Source: Candidatus Dadabacteria bacterium
GTDB lineage: Bacteria; Desulfobacterota_D; UBA1144; Nemesobacterales; Nemesobacteraceae
Assembly: GCA_951812735.1 (NCBI GenBank)
Contig: OX638332.1
Span: 378,732 to 442,731 of the forward strand
Reading direction: 5' to 3'
DNA: 64,000 bases
Shown here: positions 31,323-41,722 of the stretch, one piece after another
Numbering within the stretch: the stretch's first letter is position 1
Layout of the letters: every line of letters starts with the position of its first letter
Notes under the pieces: generated by a model
The model's database searches: none
What the model saw: only the letters and a program-made list of their open reading frames with translations
Told to the model about the DNA's origin: nothing
Position numbers and translations under genes: made by a program

Positions 31323-31529
31323 TCAACTCTCCGAGGCGATATCCCGCTGTTTTTTTATGGTAAGTATCCTCGCAATCTCCCTTCTCAACTGCTTTACTCT
31401 CGCGTTGTTAGAGTTCTGTCCAGTGGCAACCTGTATTCTGACATTGAAAAGCTCCTCGGCCGTATCGCGGTGGCGCTTGTTCAGTTCCTCGGGCGTGAGA
31501 TTTCTTAGTTCTTCTGCGTTGGTTGCCAT
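31323..31529 (-). CDS. rpmC: 50S ribosomal protein L29
   Basis: 68 aa, ELFNVRIQVATGQ pattern, position between rplP and rpsQ. Confidence 0.92.
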   Translation of the reverse strand: MATNAEELRNLTPEELNKRHRDTAEELFNVRIQVATGQNSNNARVKQLRREIARILTIKKQRDIASES

Positions 31530-31951
31530 CAGATAAGATCCTCCTCGCTTCTTACCACTATCCTTGTCCTAAGGGGAAGCTTGTAGGAAGCAAGTCTTAA
31601 GGCTGAGCGCGAAAGTTCTTCGCTTACTCCCGATATTTCGTAAAGGAACTGTCCTCTTTTTACCGGCGCCACGTAACTGTCCACATCCCCCTTACCCTTT
31701 CCCATCCTGGTCTCGGCGGGTTTTTTGGTAATTGGTTTGTAGGGGAATATCCTTATCCAGAGGTTCGCTCCTCTTTTTACGTGCCTTGTAATCGCAATAC
31801 GGGCGGCCTCTATCTGCCTTGAGGTAATCATTCCGTTTTCCAAGGTCTGAAGCGCAAGATCGCCGAAGGCAAACTTCGTCCCACGGGTTGCCGCTCCCCT
31901 GTTTCTTCCCTTGAACTGCTTTCTGTACTTTGTCTTTTTAGGCTGAAGCAT
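31529..31951 (-). CDS. rplP: 50S ribosomal protein L16
   Basis: [16 protein letters not shown] start. Confidence 0.96.
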   Translation of the reverse strand: MLQPKKTKYRKQFKGRNRGAATRGTKFAFGDLALQTLENGMITSRQIEAARIAITRHVKRGANLWIRIFPYKPITKKPAETRMGKGKGDVDSYVAPVKRGQFLYEISGVSEELSRSALRLASYKLPLRTRIVVRSEEDLI

Positions 31952-32651
31952 CGGTATTTACATTCTCTGGGGCTTCGCTTGCCCTCTCTCTTGTCTTTTT
32001 CTGTATTATCTCGCCCTTGAATATCCAGACCTTTACGCCTATCACTCCGTAGGTGGTTGACGCTCTAGCAACTCCGTAGTCAAGGTCCGCACGGAGGGTT
32101 CCCAGAGGCACCCTTCCCTCCCTGTACCACTCCCTTCTCGCTATTTCAGCTCCGCCTAGACGCCCGGCGACCATAACTTTTATCCCAAGAACCCCGGCCC
32201 GAATGGAGGATGAAAGCACCCTTTTCATGGCCCTTCTGTACGCAACCCTTCTTTCAAGCTGAAGGGCAAGGTTCTCGGCGACCAGTTGCGCGTCGGTTTC
32301 AGGCCTTTTTACTTCCCTTATGTCGAGAAATATGCCTTTTCCGGTCATCTGCTGAAGCTTTTTCTTCAGTTGCTCTATTTCCTGGCCCTTTCTCCCTATG
32401 ATGATCCCTGGCCTTGCCGCATACACCAGAATCCTGACCTTGTCCGCCGCAGCCCTTTCAATCTCAATGTTCGAGATAGCCGCCTGATAGAAGGTTTTCT
32501 TTATGTAGTTGCGGATGTCTATATCCTCTTTGAGCAAGGATCTGTACATCTGTTTCTCGGCAAACCACTTGGAGTCCCATGACCTGGTTATTCCAATGCG
32601 AAGTCCTATAGGATTAATTTTCTGGCCCAATTCAGAATCCTCTCTGTTCAA
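31938..32651 (-). CDS. rpsC: 30S ribosomal protein S3
   Basis: [21 protein letters not shown] motif. A TTG at 32630 would give the canonical (M)GQKINPIG start and remove the overlap with rplV. Confidence 0.93.
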   Translation of the reverse strand: MNREDSELGQKINPIGLRIGITRSWDSKWFAEKQMYRSLLKEDIDIRNYIKKTFYQAAISNIEIERAAADKVRILVYAARPGIIIGRKGQEIEQLKKKLQQMTGKGIFLDIREVKRPETDAQLVAENLALQLERRVAYRRAMKRVLSSSIRAGVLGIKVMVAGRLGGAEIARREWYREGRVPLGTLRADLDYGVARASTTYGVIGVKVWIFKGEIIQKKTRERASEAPENVNTDASA

Positions 32652-32970
32652 GTACTATCGTTATATGACTCATTTTACTTTTACGGGCAAAAGCTCTTCC
32701 CATCGCCCTGGCCCGGAAACGCTTCAACGTCGGACCCTGAGTCGCGTAGACTTCCTTTACGTAAAGGGAGTCAAGGTCGCTGTATCCTTTCTCCGAGGCG
32801 TTGGCCACCGCCGACTTAAGCAGCTTCGAGACCATTGGCGAGACTCTCCTGCGGGCGGAAAGCAGAATCGAGGAAGCTTCCTCAACGCTTTTGCCTCTTA
32901 TGAGGTCAAGAATCACTCTGGCCTTTTTCGGCGATACCCTGGCATACTTATGTACTGCTTTAGAAACCAT
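32632..32970 (-). CDS. rplV: 50S ribosomal protein L22
   Basis: [23 protein letters not shown] motif. Confidence 0.95.
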   Translation of the reverse strand: MVSKAVHKYARVSPKKARVILDLIRGKSVEEASSILLSARRRVSPMVSKLLKSAVANASEKGYSDLDSLYVKEVYATQGPTLKRFRARAMGRAFARKSKMSHITIVLEQRGF

Positions 32971-32990
32971 TTATTATCTCTCTGTCGTCT

Positions 32991-33269
32991 CTACCTTTTT
33001 CTGGCTTTTCTGTCACCTGAGTGACCATGGTAAGTCCTCGTGGGAGAAAACTCTCCCAGTTTATGTCCGACCATTTGTTCGGACACGAACACGGGGATAA
33101 ATCTCGTTCCGTTGTGAACCGCGAAAGTCATTCCTATCATCTCAGGTATTATCATCGAGGCTCTTGACCAGGTCCTGATAATTCTCTGGCTTCCGGAAGT
33201 CTGGGCCTGCTCAACTTTCTTCATAAGTTTTTCGTGCACGTACAGTCCCTTTTTGCTTGATCTTGCCAT
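32991..33269 (-). CDS. rpsS: 30S ribosomal protein S19
   Basis: [15 protein letters not shown] start, [16 protein letters not shown] motif. Confidence 0.96.
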   Translation of the reverse strand: MARSSKKGLYVHEKLMKKVEQAQTSGSQRIIRTWSRASMIIPEMIGMTFAVHNGTRFIPVFVSEQMVGHKLGEFSPTRTYHGHSGDRKARKR

Positions 33270-33284
33270 CTGAAGCTCCCTCGA

Positions 33285-34127
33285 TTAATCCATTCCGTAG
33301 CCAATTCTTCTCGGCTTAACTATATATTTGTCCATTCTCTTGTTGTTTCTCGTCTTTTTCCCTATCGTAATCCACCCCCAAGGAGAAACAGGATGAGGGT
33401 TTCCCTTGGCCGCCTTACCCTCTCCCCCACCATGGGGATGATCAACCGGATTCATCGCCACCCCGCGAACGGTCGGCCTTATGCCCTTATGACGGGATCT
33501 TCCGGCTTTACCCCAGACTATAAGCTCATTTTCAGTGTTTCCGATCCTCCCCACAGTAGCCATGCACCGCAGGTGAATCAGCCTTATCTCGCCGGAGGCA
33601 AGTTTTATCTGGGCGTAGTTGCCGTCTTTTGCGACGATCTGCGCCGACGAACCTGCAGAACGGACAAGTTTCCCTCCGCCTCCAGGCCTGATTTCTATAT
33701 TATGAATAACCGTACCCACGGGAATATTCTCTATGGGGAGAGCGTTTCCGTTTGAAACTTCCACCCCGGGCCCGGAATTCAGCTCGTCACCCACTTTAAG
33801 GCCCGCGGGGGCTATAATATATCTCTTCTCACCGTCAGCATAGGCCAGAAGCGCGATTCTAGCCGAGCGATACGGATCATATTCTATGGAGATAACTCTT
33901 GCGGATACTCCGTGCTTATCCCTTTTGAAATCTATTATTCTGTAGAGTCTTTTGTGACCGCCGCCTTTTCTGAAGCTGGTAATTCTTCCATTCGAGTTGC
34001 GTCCGGAATTTTTCTTAAGCGAAACGGTAAGTGACTTATGAGGCTTCTTGGAGGTTATTTCCTCAAAATCAAACCCGGACATGAATCTTCTTCCCGGAGA
34101 TGTAGGATTGTATTTTTTTACTCCCAT
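33285..34127 (-). CDS. rplB: 50S ribosomal protein L2
   Basis: [15 protein letters not shown] and [15 protein letters not shown] motifs. Confidence 0.97.
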   Translation of the reverse strand: MGVKKYNPTSPGRRFMSGFDFEEITSKKPHKSLTVSLKKNSGRNSNGRITSFRKGGGHKRLYRIIDFKRDKHGVSARVISIEYDPYRSARIALLAYADGEKRYIIAPAGLKVGDELNSGPGVEVSNGNALPIENIPVGTVIHNIEIRPGGGGKLVRSAGSSAQIVAKDGNYAQIKLASGEIRLIHLRCMATVGRIGNTENELIVWGKAGRSRHKGIRPTVRGVAMNPVDHPHGGGEGKAAKGNPHPVSPWGWITIGKKTRNNKRMDKYIVKPRRIGYGMD

Positions 34128-34129
34128 GA

Positions 34130-34417
34130 TCAGACTCCCTCAAACAGGTTGATTTCTCCTTCTCTGAGCTTAATGTAAGCCTTTTTAACCGCAGATCTCT
34201 TCCCTACAACCCTGCCGAATCTCTTTACTCTTTTTCCAGGAAGCACCAGTGTTCTCACCTTGTCCACCTTGACACCGAAAATCTTCTCGATCGAGTCCTG
34301 TATCTCTTTTTTGTTGCATCTTCTGTCGACGGAAAAAACATACCAGCCATCCTCTCTGGCTTGGGTGCTTTTTTCAGTAATCACGGGAAGCTTTATGATT
34401 GAACGCGGATCCTTCAT
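34130..34417 (-). CDS. rplW: 50S ribosomal protein L23
   Basis: 95 aa, PVITEKST and [12 protein letters not shown] pattern, conserved position. Confidence 0.93.
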   Translation of the reverse strand: MKDPRSIIKLPVITEKSTQAREDGWYVFSVDRRCNKKEIQDSIEKIFGVKVDKVRTLVLPGKRVKRFGRVVGKRSAVKKAYIKLREGEINLFEGV

Positions 34418-35034
34418 GAGAGCCTCTCCTGGATTTTTTCAACCGAATCCCGCACCATGACTATGTTTTTGTGTCTAAGCAGATCGTATACGTTAAGCCC
34501 TTCATCTCTCAGTACCTTTACGTCGGGAATGTTCCTGGCCGACTTGTGGAGATTTTCATTATCCGAACTGACAACCAAAAGGGCTTGGGAAAATTCAAAA
34601 TCCTTCATTAATTTCACTACCTGTCTGGTTTTTATTTCCGGAAGCTCTAAACTGTCGAGCACCACTAAGGCACCTTCGCCGAAACGGCTTGAAAGAGCGG
34701 AAATAAGCGCCCCTTTTCTTACCTTCTTCGGAATCGAGTAGGACCAGTCTTTGGGCTTCGGTCCGAAAACCACTCCACCCTTACGCCAGATCGGAGAACG
34801 TCTAGACCCCGCCCTTGCACGACCCGTGTGTTTCTGTTTCCAAGGCTTTGCCCCGCCGCCGCGAACCTCACCTCTTGTTTTGGTGGACGAGGTTCCAGCT
34901 CTTTTTTTGGCAAGCTGCCAATTGACGACTTCATGGAGCAGATGCTTTTTCACTGGAGCTTCAAAGATCTCGGAGCGAAGCTCCATAGTCCCCACCTTTT
35001 TTCTAGCAATGTCGTAGACGTCAACTTGAAGCAT
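34414..35034 (-). CDS. rplD: 50S ribosomal protein L4
   Basis: GGGAKPWKQKHTGRARAGSRRSPIWRKGG motif. Confidence 0.95.
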   Translation of the reverse strand: MLQVDVYDIARKKVGTMELRSEIFEAPVKKHLLHEVVNWQLAKKRAGTSSTKTRGEVRGGGAKPWKQKHTGRARAGSRRSPIWRKGGVVFGPKPKDWSYSIPKKVRKGALISALSSRFGEGALVVLDSLELPEIKTRQVVKLMKDFEFSQALLVVSSDNENLHKSARNIPDVKVLRDEGLNVYDLLRHKNIVMVRDSVEKIQERLS

Positions 35035-35665
35035 TCTTCGCCCCCTTTGACGTGTGCCGGAGAAGAACTGTTCCTCCCACCGGGCCCGGAACCGAGCCCT
35101 TCACAAAAAGAAGATTCTTCTCAACATCTATATCGACTATCCTGACACCCTGAACTGTTACGTTCTTTCCACCCATGCGTCCCGGCATTTTTATGCCTTT
35201 CCACACCTTGGCCGGATATGAAGCCTGTCCTATGGAACCGGGTCTCCTGTGGGCCATGCCACCGTGGGACATTGGCTGTCTTGAGAAATTGTGGCGTTTT
35301 ATTGTTCCGGCAAACCCCTTGCCCTTGCTTTTAGCGGTGACGTCGAGAATGTCTCCCACCTTGAAAATGTCAACTTTTACCACGTCCCCTATCTCATAAT
35401 CTTCAACAGTGGCGGAAAATTCTTTAAGCTTCGCTGTGGGATTCACCCTGGCTTTTGCAAAATGTCCCTTCATGGGACGAGTAACCCGCTGTGGTTTTAC
35501 CTCTTCAAAGCCAAGCTGAACGGCTTCGTAGCCGTCTGAGTCTTTGGTTTTTTTTGAAACCACCAGACATGGACCCGCTTCAACAACGGTAGTGATGACT
35601 TTCACCATGTCGTCGTTGAAAAACTCGGTCATCCCCCTTTTTTTTCCTATAAGTCCCTGAATCAT
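35021..35665 (-). CDS. rplC: 50S ribosomal protein L3
   Basis: [16 protein letters not shown] start, [13 protein letters not shown] motif. Confidence 0.95.
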   Translation of the reverse strand: MIQGLIGKKRGMTEFFNDDMVKVITTVVEAGPCLVVSKKTKDSDGYEAVQLGFEEVKPQRVTRPMKGHFAKARVNPTAKLKEFSATVEDYEIGDVVKVDIFKVGDILDVTAKSKGKGFAGTIKRHNFSRQPMSHGGMAHRRPGSIGQASYPAKVWKGIKMPGRMGGKNVTVQGVRIVDIDVEKNLLFVKGSVPGPVGGTVLLRHTSKGAKNASS

Positions 35666-35669
35666 CTTT

Positions 35670-35990
35670 TTACGAGCCCGTGAGTTTTATCTCCACTTCC
35701 ACACCCGAAGCCAGGTTTAGTTTCATAAGTTCATCTATTGTCTGCTGGGTAGGTTCAAGTATGTCTACAAGTCTTTTATGCGTTCTTATTTCGAAATGCT
35801 CTCTTGAGTTCTTGTTCACGTGAGGACCACGCAGCACACAGTACCTGTTTATACTGGTCGGAAGCGGAACCGGGCCGGCTATTCTCGCACCGGTCCTCTT
35901 AGCGGTATCAACAATTTCCTCCGTTGAATTATCAAGAAGCCTGTAGTCAAAAGACTTAAGCTTTATTCTTATTTTCGAAGCTTTACCCAT
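35670..35990 (-). CDS. rpsJ: 30S ribosomal protein S10
   Basis: [14 protein letters not shown] motif. The ATG at 35990 overlaps the tuf TGA by 1 nt (TGATG); the track lists a GTG one codon upstream. Confidence 0.94.
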   Translation of the reverse strand: MGKASKIRIKLKSFDYRLLDNSTEEIVDTAKRTGARIAGPVPLPTSINRYCVLRGPHVNKNSREHFEIRTHKRLVDILEPTQQTIDELMKLNLASGVEVEIKLTGS

Positions 35991-37174
35991 CACTCAACAA
36001 TTTTGGTTACCACACCTGCTCCCACTGTTCTCCCGCCTTCTCTTATCGCAAAACGCAGCTGCTCTTCCATCGCCACTGGCGCTATTAACTCCACATCCAT
36101 GCTCACGTTGTCCCCAGGCATCACCATCTCTACCCCCTCCGGCAATACCACCGCCCCCGTCACATCCGTCGTCCTCAAGTAAAACTGCGGCCTGTATCCA
36201 GGGAAAAACGGCGTGTGCCTTCCCCCCTCCTCCTTCTTCAACACATATACCTCAGCCTTGAACTTCCTGTGTGGCTTTATGCTCCCAGGAGCACTCAATA
36301 CCTGCCCCCTCTCCACCTCTTCCTTCCCTATCCCACGAAGCAGCACCCCAACATTGTCCCCAGCCTGCGCGTCATCCAGTATCTTCCTGAACATCTCCAA
36401 ACTCGTGGCCACAGTCTTCGTCGTCTCCTTAAACCCCACTATCTCTATCTCCTTCCCCGCCACTATCCTTCCCCTCTCCACTCTCCCCGTTACCACCGTG
36501 CCTCGCCCTGATATCGTGAACACATCCTCTATCGCCATCAAAAACGGCTTGTCCATGTCCCTCTCAGGCTCCGGTATGTACCCGTCTATCTCGTTCATTA
36601 ACTCTACTACCTGCTCAGCTGCCCCCGCATCCCCCTCTATCGCCTTAAGCGCGCTTACCTTTACCACAGGTATGTCATCCCCAGGAAATCCGTACTCGCT
36701 CAGCAACTCTCTTATCTCAAGCTCAACCAACTCCAATAACTCCTCGTCATCAAGCATGTCTATCTTGTTAAGCGCCACTACTATGTATGGCACTCCTACC
36801 TGCCTCGCCAGCAGTATGTGCTCCCGTGTCTGCGGCATCGGCCCGTCAGGCGCACTCACAACCAGCACCGCCCCATCCATCTGAGCAGCCCCAGTTATCA
36901 TGTTCTTCACATAGTCAGCGTGCCCAGGACAGTCCACGTGCGCGTAATGCCTCCCGTCTGTCTCATACTCCACGTGCGCTATGTTTATCGTTATCCCCCT
37001 CTCCCTCTCTTCAGGCGCCTTGTCTATGTTGTCAAACTCCACATACTCTGCCTGACCCCGCTTTGACAATATGTTCGTTATCGCCGCCGTTAACGTCGTC
37101 TTCCCATGATCCACATGCCCTATCGTTCCTATGTTTAAATGCGGCTTGCCCCTCTCAAATTTTGCCTTAGACAT
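35990..37174 (-). CDS. tuf: elongation factor Tu
   Basis: [18 protein letters not shown] and NKID GTPase motifs, 394 aa. Codon usage is highly atypical (see findings). Confidence 0.97.
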   Translation of the reverse strand: MSKAKFERGKPHLNIGTIGHVDHGKTTLTAAITNILSKRGQAEYVEFDNIDKAPEERERGITINIAHVEYETDGRHYAHVDCPGHADYVKNMITGAAQMDGAVLVVSAPDGPMPQTREHILLARQVGVPYIVVALNKIDMLDDEELLELVELEIRELLSEYGFPGDDIPVVKVSALKAIEGDAGAAEQVVELMNEIDGYIPEPERDMDKPFLMAIEDVFTISGRGTVVTGRVERGRIVAGKEIEIVGFKETTKTVATSLEMFRKILDDAQAGDNVGVLLRGIGKEEVERGQVLSAPGSIKPHRKFKAEVYVLKKEEGGRHTPFFPGYRPQFYLRTTDVTGAVVLPEGVEMVMPGDNVSMDVELIAPVAMEEQLRFAIREGGRTVGAGVVTKIVE

Positions 37175-37212
37175 TACTTGCTGACCTCCTTACTAAAAAA
37201 CACATGAAAATA

Positions 37213-39297
37213 TCAACTGACATTTGCTGTCTGTTTTAACTCCTCGGCGATGCCGGCTGGCAGAATGAAATAATGGGAAAATTCCATGGTGAACAATCCC
37301 CGTCCCTCGGTCATTGACCTTAAATTAGTCGCGTAACCGAACATTTCTCCGAGCGGAACTTCCGCTTTTACCGCCTGCATGGCGCCTCTCATCTCCGTAC
37401 TGCTCACTCTCCCTCGCCTTGAGCTCAGATCACCTATAACGGTCCCCATGTGAGCTTCGGGAACAACCACCTCAAGCTTCATCACGGGCTCAAGAACAAC
37501 CGGAGAAGATTTATGAATCGCTTCTTTAAATGCCATGGACCCTGCGATCTTAAAGGCGATCTCCGAAGAGTCGACATCGTGAAAAGAACCGTCGTAAAGC
37601 GTGACCGCCACGTCGACGACCGGATATCCGGAGACAATCCCGGTTTCCATAGCCTCAACTATTCCTTTCTCCACCGCGGGAATAAATTCTTTGGGAATCA
37701 CCCCTCCCTTTATCTGATCGTGGAACTGAAATCCTTCGCCCCTCTCAAGAGGCTCAACCCTTATTTTCACATGGCCATACTGACCGCGCCCTCCGGTCTG
37801 CCTTATGTACTTTCCTTCGGTTGTGGAAGTACCCGTTATCGTCTCTCTGTAAGCGACCTGAGGCTTCCCGACATTCGCTTCAACATTGAACTCCCTTTTA
37901 AGCCTGTCGACAATTATCTCAAGGTGAAGCTCTCCCATCCCGGAAATCACCGTCTGGCGGGTTTCCTCATCGGTTTTCACCTTAAAGGAAGGGTCCTCCA
38001 TAGTAAGCTTGCTAAGCGACAGGCCAAGTTTTTCCTGGTCGGCGTTTGACTTGGGCTCTATGGCAATCGAAATGACCGGGTCCGAGATATGAAGACTCTC
38101 AAGAATCACGGGATTTGAATCCGAGCACAGGGTATTGCCCGTAAGGGTGTTTTTCAGGCCCACAGCGGCCGCTATGCCCCCGGCCTCAATCTCTTTTATA
38201 TCCTCGCGCTTGTCTGCGTGCATGCGAAGAAGTCTTCCGATCTTTTCGTTTTTAAGATTAGATGAATTGTAAACGGTACTGCCTGATTTGAGTTTTCCGG
38301 AATAAACCCGAAGGTAGGTAAGCTGGCCGACGAAGGGGTCCGACATGATTTTAAACGCGAGTGCGGAGAAAGGTTCTTCTTTATCCGGCTTTCTCTCGAC
38401 ATCCTCATCGGTTTTGGGATGGATGCCCTTTACCGATGGCAGATCCACGGGAGCCGGCATGTATTCCACAACGGCATCAAGCAAAAGCTGCACTCCCTTG
38501 TTCTTAAAAGCCGATCCCAGCATGACAGGAACTATGGTCGCGTCAATTGTCTGTCGTCTTACGGATTTTCGGATCATCTCCTCCGGAACATCTTCTCCGT
38601 CGAGGTAAAGCTCCATTATTTCCTCGTCGTTATCCGAAAGGGCTTCCAGAAGTTTTTCCCTGTATTCGGCCGCGCGCTGCTTTGTGTCTTCGGGGATATC
38701 GATGAACTCGAACTTGGCCCCCAGGCTCTCCCCGTCCCACACAGCCATTTTCATCCTTACGAGATCAACTATTCCTGTGAACTCATCACCGTCGAACCAC
38801 GGAACCTGAAGACATACGGGATTAGCGTTAAGTCTTTCTATTATCTGGTCCACTACCCTGTAGAAATCCGCCCCGACCCTGTCCATCTTGTTCACAAAAC
38901 ACATTCTCGGAACGGAGTACCGATCAGCCTGTCCCCACACCGTCTCAGTCTGGGGCTCGACTCCGCCGACGCAGTCAAATACAACCACCGCCCCGTCGAG
39001 CACCTTGAGAGATCTTTCAACCTCTATGGTGAAATCAACGTGACCGGGAGTATCTATGATGTTTATCCTGCAGTCTTTCCAGAAACACGTAGTTGTGGCG
39101 GAAGTAATGGTGATGCCTCTTTCGCGTTCCTGCTCCATCCAGTCCATGGTCGCCGCGCCTTCGTGCACTTCGCCTATCTTGTAGGTTATTCCGGTATAGA
39201 ACAGTATTCTTTCAGTAGTGGTAGTCTTGCCGGCGTCTATGTGGGCAACTATTCCTATGTTCCTTACCCTGTCTATGGGAAATATCTGTTCTGACAC
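37213..39297 (-). CDS. fusA: elongation factor G
   Basis: [23 protein letters not shown] and NKMD motifs, 694 aa. Confidence 0.97.
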   Translation of the reverse strand: MSEQIFPIDRVRNIGIVAHIDAGKTTTTERILFYTGITYKIGEVHEGAATMDWMEQERERGITITSATTTCFWKDCRINIIDTPGHVDFTIEVERSLKVLDGAVVVFDCVGGVEPQTETVWGQADRYSVPRMCFVNKMDRVGADFYRVVDQIIERLNANPVCLQVPWFDGDEFTGIVDLVRMKMAVWDGESLGAKFEFIDIPEDTKQRAAEYREKLLEALSDNDEEIMELYLDGEDVPEEMIRKSVRRQTIDATIVPVMLGSAFKNKGVQLLLDAVVEYMPAPVDLPSVKGIHPKTDEDVERKPDKEEPFSALAFKIMSDPFVGQLTYLRVYSGKLKSGSTVYNSSNLKNEKIGRLLRMHADKREDIKEIEAGGIAAAVGLKNTLTGNTLCSDSNPVILESLHISDPVISIAIEPKSNADQEKLGLSLSKLTMEDPSFKVKTDEETRQTVISGMGELHLEIIVDRLKREFNVEANVGKPQVAYRETITGTSTTEGKYIRQTGGRGQYGHVKIRVEPLERGEGFQFHDQIKGGVIPKEFIPAVEKGIVEAMETGIVSGYPVVDVAVTLYDGSFHDVDSSEIAFKIAGSMAFKEAIHKSSPVVLEPVMKLEVVVPEAHMGTVIGDLSSRRGRVSSTEMRGAMQAVKAEVPLGEMFGYATNLRSMTEGRGLFTMEFSHYFILPAGIAEELKQTANVS

Positions 39298-39315
39298 CTT
39301 AAACCCTCCGGGGAA

Positions 39316-39786
39316 TTACCACCTGTAGTGAGCAAAGGCCCTGTTGGCCTCGGCCATTCTGTGAATGTCCTCTTTTTTCTTAACCGCGCTACCCCTGTTG
39401 TTGTGGGCGTCGATTATCTCCGAAGCAAGCTTGTCCACCATTGACTTCTCCGATCTTGAGCGTGAGGAGTTTATAAGCCATCTTATCCCCAGAGACTGTC
39501 TTCTGAAAGAACTCACTTCCATGGGAACCTGGTAGTTGGCTCCGCCTACGCGCCTTGACCTTACCTCGACCGAGGGTCTCACCTTGTCAATAGCGTCGTG
39601 GAAGACCTCAAGGGGATCTTTTCCGGTTTTTTCCTTTATCTTTTCAAGAGAGTCATAGAATATCTTTTCCGCCTTGCTCTTTTTGCCGTCGTACATGAGG
39701 CTGTTTATAAACTTGGCGACTATCGGATCTCCGGTTTTTGAATCCGGAGTCAGTTTTCTTCTTGCTATCCTACCTTTTCTCGCCAT
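39316..39786 (-). CDS. rpsG: 30S ribosomal protein S7
   Basis: [10 protein letters not shown] start, [11 protein letters not shown]-terminus. Confidence 0.96.
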   Translation of the reverse strand: MARKGRIARRKLTPDSKTGDPIVAKFINSLMYDGKKSKAEKIFYDSLEKIKEKTGKDPLEVFHDAIDKVRPSVEVRSRRVGGANYQVPMEVSSFRRQSLGIRWLINSSRSRSEKSMVDKLASEIIDAHNNRGSAVKKKEDIHRMAEANRAFAHYRW

Positions 39787-39804
39787 CTTTCTTATTCCCG
39801 CCCG

Positions 39805-40176
39805 CTACTTAGGCTTTTTGGCTCCGTACTTGGATCTTCCGTTTCTCCTGTTCTCAACTCCGGTCGAGTCAAGAGTTCCTCTGACTATGTGGTATCTCAC
39901 TCCCGGAAGGTCCTTTACCCTGCCACCTCTGACAAGCACAACTGAATGCTCCTGCAAGGTATGTCCTTCTCCGGGAATATATCCAGTTACCTCTATGCCG
40001 TTTGTAAGTCTTATCCTTGCAACCTTCCTAAGTGCCGAGTTGGGCTTTTTCGGAGTGGTGGTGTACACCCTCACGCAAACCCCTCTTTTCTGGGGACATC
40101 TCTGAAGAGCTCTGGCCTTGCTTTTCTTCTTCGCCGTCTCTCTTCCCTTGTTGAGTAACTGACTTATTGTAGGCAT
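39805..40176 (-). CDS. rpsL: 30S ribosomal protein S12
   Basis: [13 protein letters not shown] start, [19 protein letters not shown] motif. Confidence 0.97.
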   Translation of the reverse strand: MPTISQLLNKGRETAKKKSKARALQRCPQKRGVCVRVYTTTPKKPNSALRKVARIRLTNGIEVTGYIPGEGHTLQEHSVVLVRGGRVKDLPGVRYHIVRGTLDSTGVENRRNGRSKYGAKKPK

Positions 40177-40212
40177 AAAAACGTCCTCTCCCGAAATTTG
40201 GGTAATCCGCTT

Positions 40213-40242
40213 ATTATAAGCTTAATAACGAACCGATGTCAA
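40213..40242 (-). promoter_or_regulatory. near-consensus sigma70 promoter of the rpsL-led ribosomal super-operon
   Basis: Minus strand reads TTGACA (40242-40237), 18 nt, TATAAT (40218-40213). The upstream flank is A/T-rich and UP-like. The -10 lies about 37 nt before the rpsL ATG, with a GGGAGAGGA ribosome-binding site in between. Confidence 0.65.
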
Positions 40243-40391
40243 ATAAGAAAACGGAAAAAAAATGCTAAAGGTCCAAATCAAGGGAGGGACTATATTACAG
40301 AAAGAAGACAGGTTTTCAATAAAAAAATTCAGACCGAAAAAAATTTCTTGTTGATGTTGAAAATTCCCAGGCTGGATATGCTCAAGGCACT

Positions 40392-41672
40392 TCAGCAACC
40401 AATGCGCAAAAGCGCCTTCTTTCCTATATCCGTTCTGTAGATCAGATTTTGATCGGAAATGGAATCGACAGCCTTATAAGCACCCTGTATGGACTCCTCT
40501 ATGGTATTGCCGAGGGAAGTAACTCCGAGAACCCTCCCGCCGCTTGTAACGAATTTGTCTCCGGAAAAAGTGGTTCCGGCATGAAAAATCACTGTCTCGC
40601 GAGTGTCCTTGAAATCTTTTAGTTTTTTAAGTTCGACCCCCTTGTCGTAGCTCCCGGGATAGCCCCTCGAAGCCATAACTACGCACACGCAGAAGCCGTC
40701 TTTCCATTCTATGGGATCCGTATTCATTTCGCCCCTGGCTATCGAATAAAGAATGGGAACAATGTCCGATTCCATTTTCATAAGAAGCGGCTGAGCTTCA
40801 GGGTCGCCGAAGCGACAGTTAAATTCAAGCACCTTGAGGTCATTGTCTTTTATCATCAACCCGGCGTAGAGAATTCCTCTGTAGGTTCTGCGCTCGGATT
40901 TCATTGCCCGGACGGTCGGAATCATTACCTCGTCAATTATTCTCTGCCTTAACCGGTCGTCCACGACAGGAGCAGGGGTATAGGCTCCCATGCCTCCAGT
41001 GTTCGGTCCCTTGTCCCCGTCAAAAATCGGCTTGTGGTCCTGGGAAGGTTCAAGCGGAAGTATGTTCTCCCCGTCAGTGAAAGCGAAGAAGGAAGCTTCC
41101 TCGCCCGTAAGAAATTCCTCTATAACGACCTTTGCCCCAGCCTCGCCGAACGCTCCGCGTTCCATCATGGAGCGAACCGCGTCTTCTCCCTCCTTATGTG
41201 AGTGGCATATAATGACTCCCTTGCCGGCGGCAAGACCATCGGCTTTAACCACGAAAGGAGGTTCGGTCTCCCCTGCCTTGGCAATCGCCTGCTCCATGTC
41301 GGTAAAAACGAAATATTCCCCCGTCGGAATACCGTATTTCTTCATAAGATCTTTTGAGAAAATTTTGCTTCCCTCAAGCTCCGCAGCGGCTTTTGAGGGA
41401 CCGAAGATCAAAAGACCCTCTTTTTCAAAAAAATCGGTTATCCCTTCGCAAAGAGGCTGCTCGGGGCCGACAACCGTAAGATCCACGGATTCTTTTTTCA
41501 CAAATTGCGCAAGCGAATCGAAATCTCCTACATCGATATCAAGACACTCCGCGTGGCGGCTTATCCCGGCGTTTCCCAGAGCACAGTAGGTTCTCTCCAC
41601 AATAGGACTCTGGCTTATCTTCCAGCACAGAGCATGTTCCCTTCCCCCACCTCCAACAACAAGTACCTTCAT
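40392..41672 (-). CDS. purD: phosphoribosylamine-glycine ligase
   Basis: MKVLVVGGGGREHAL start, ATP-grasp pattern, 426 aa. Confidence 0.94.
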   Translation of the reverse strand: MKVLVVGGGGREHALCWKISQSPIVERTYCALGNAGISRHAECLDIDVGDFDSLAQFVKKESVDLTVVGPEQPLCEGITDFFEKEGLLIFGPSKAAAELEGSKIFSKDLMKKYGIPTGEYFVFTDMEQAIAKAGETEPPFVVKADGLAAGKGVIICHSHKEGEDAVRSMMERGAFGEAGAKVVIEEFLTGEEASFFAFTDGENILPLEPSQDHKPIFDGDKGPNTGGMGAYTPAPVVDDRLRQRIIDEVMIPTVRAMKSERRTYRGILYAGLMIKDNDLKVLEFNCRFGDPEAQPLLMKMESDIVPILYSIARGEMNTDPIEWKDGFCVCVVMASRGYPGSYDKGVELKKLKDFKDTRETVIFHAGTTFSGDKFVTSGGRVLGVTSLGNTIEESIQGAYKAVDSISDQNLIYRTDIGKKALLRIGC

Positions 41673-41722
41673 TTAAAACCCCTCACAAAGTTTATATAGT
41701 TTCGCCCCGCGACGGCGAGAAG

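Noticed and set aside
36213-36884. 223-aa antisense ORF (plus three others) inside tuf as a possible overlapping gene
   Set aside because: Its third codon positions are the complements of the tuf third positions. These are almost all purines, so the antisense frame ends in pyrimidines and cannot form TAA, TAG or TGA. The product is S/T/P-rich low complexity. This is a by-product of the tuf codon bias (reported as a finding), not evidence for a gene.
37450-39294. 199-aa and 291-aa + strand ORFs antisense to fusA
   Set aside because: These are antisense shadows of a strongly supported gene, with no recognisable motifs or start context.
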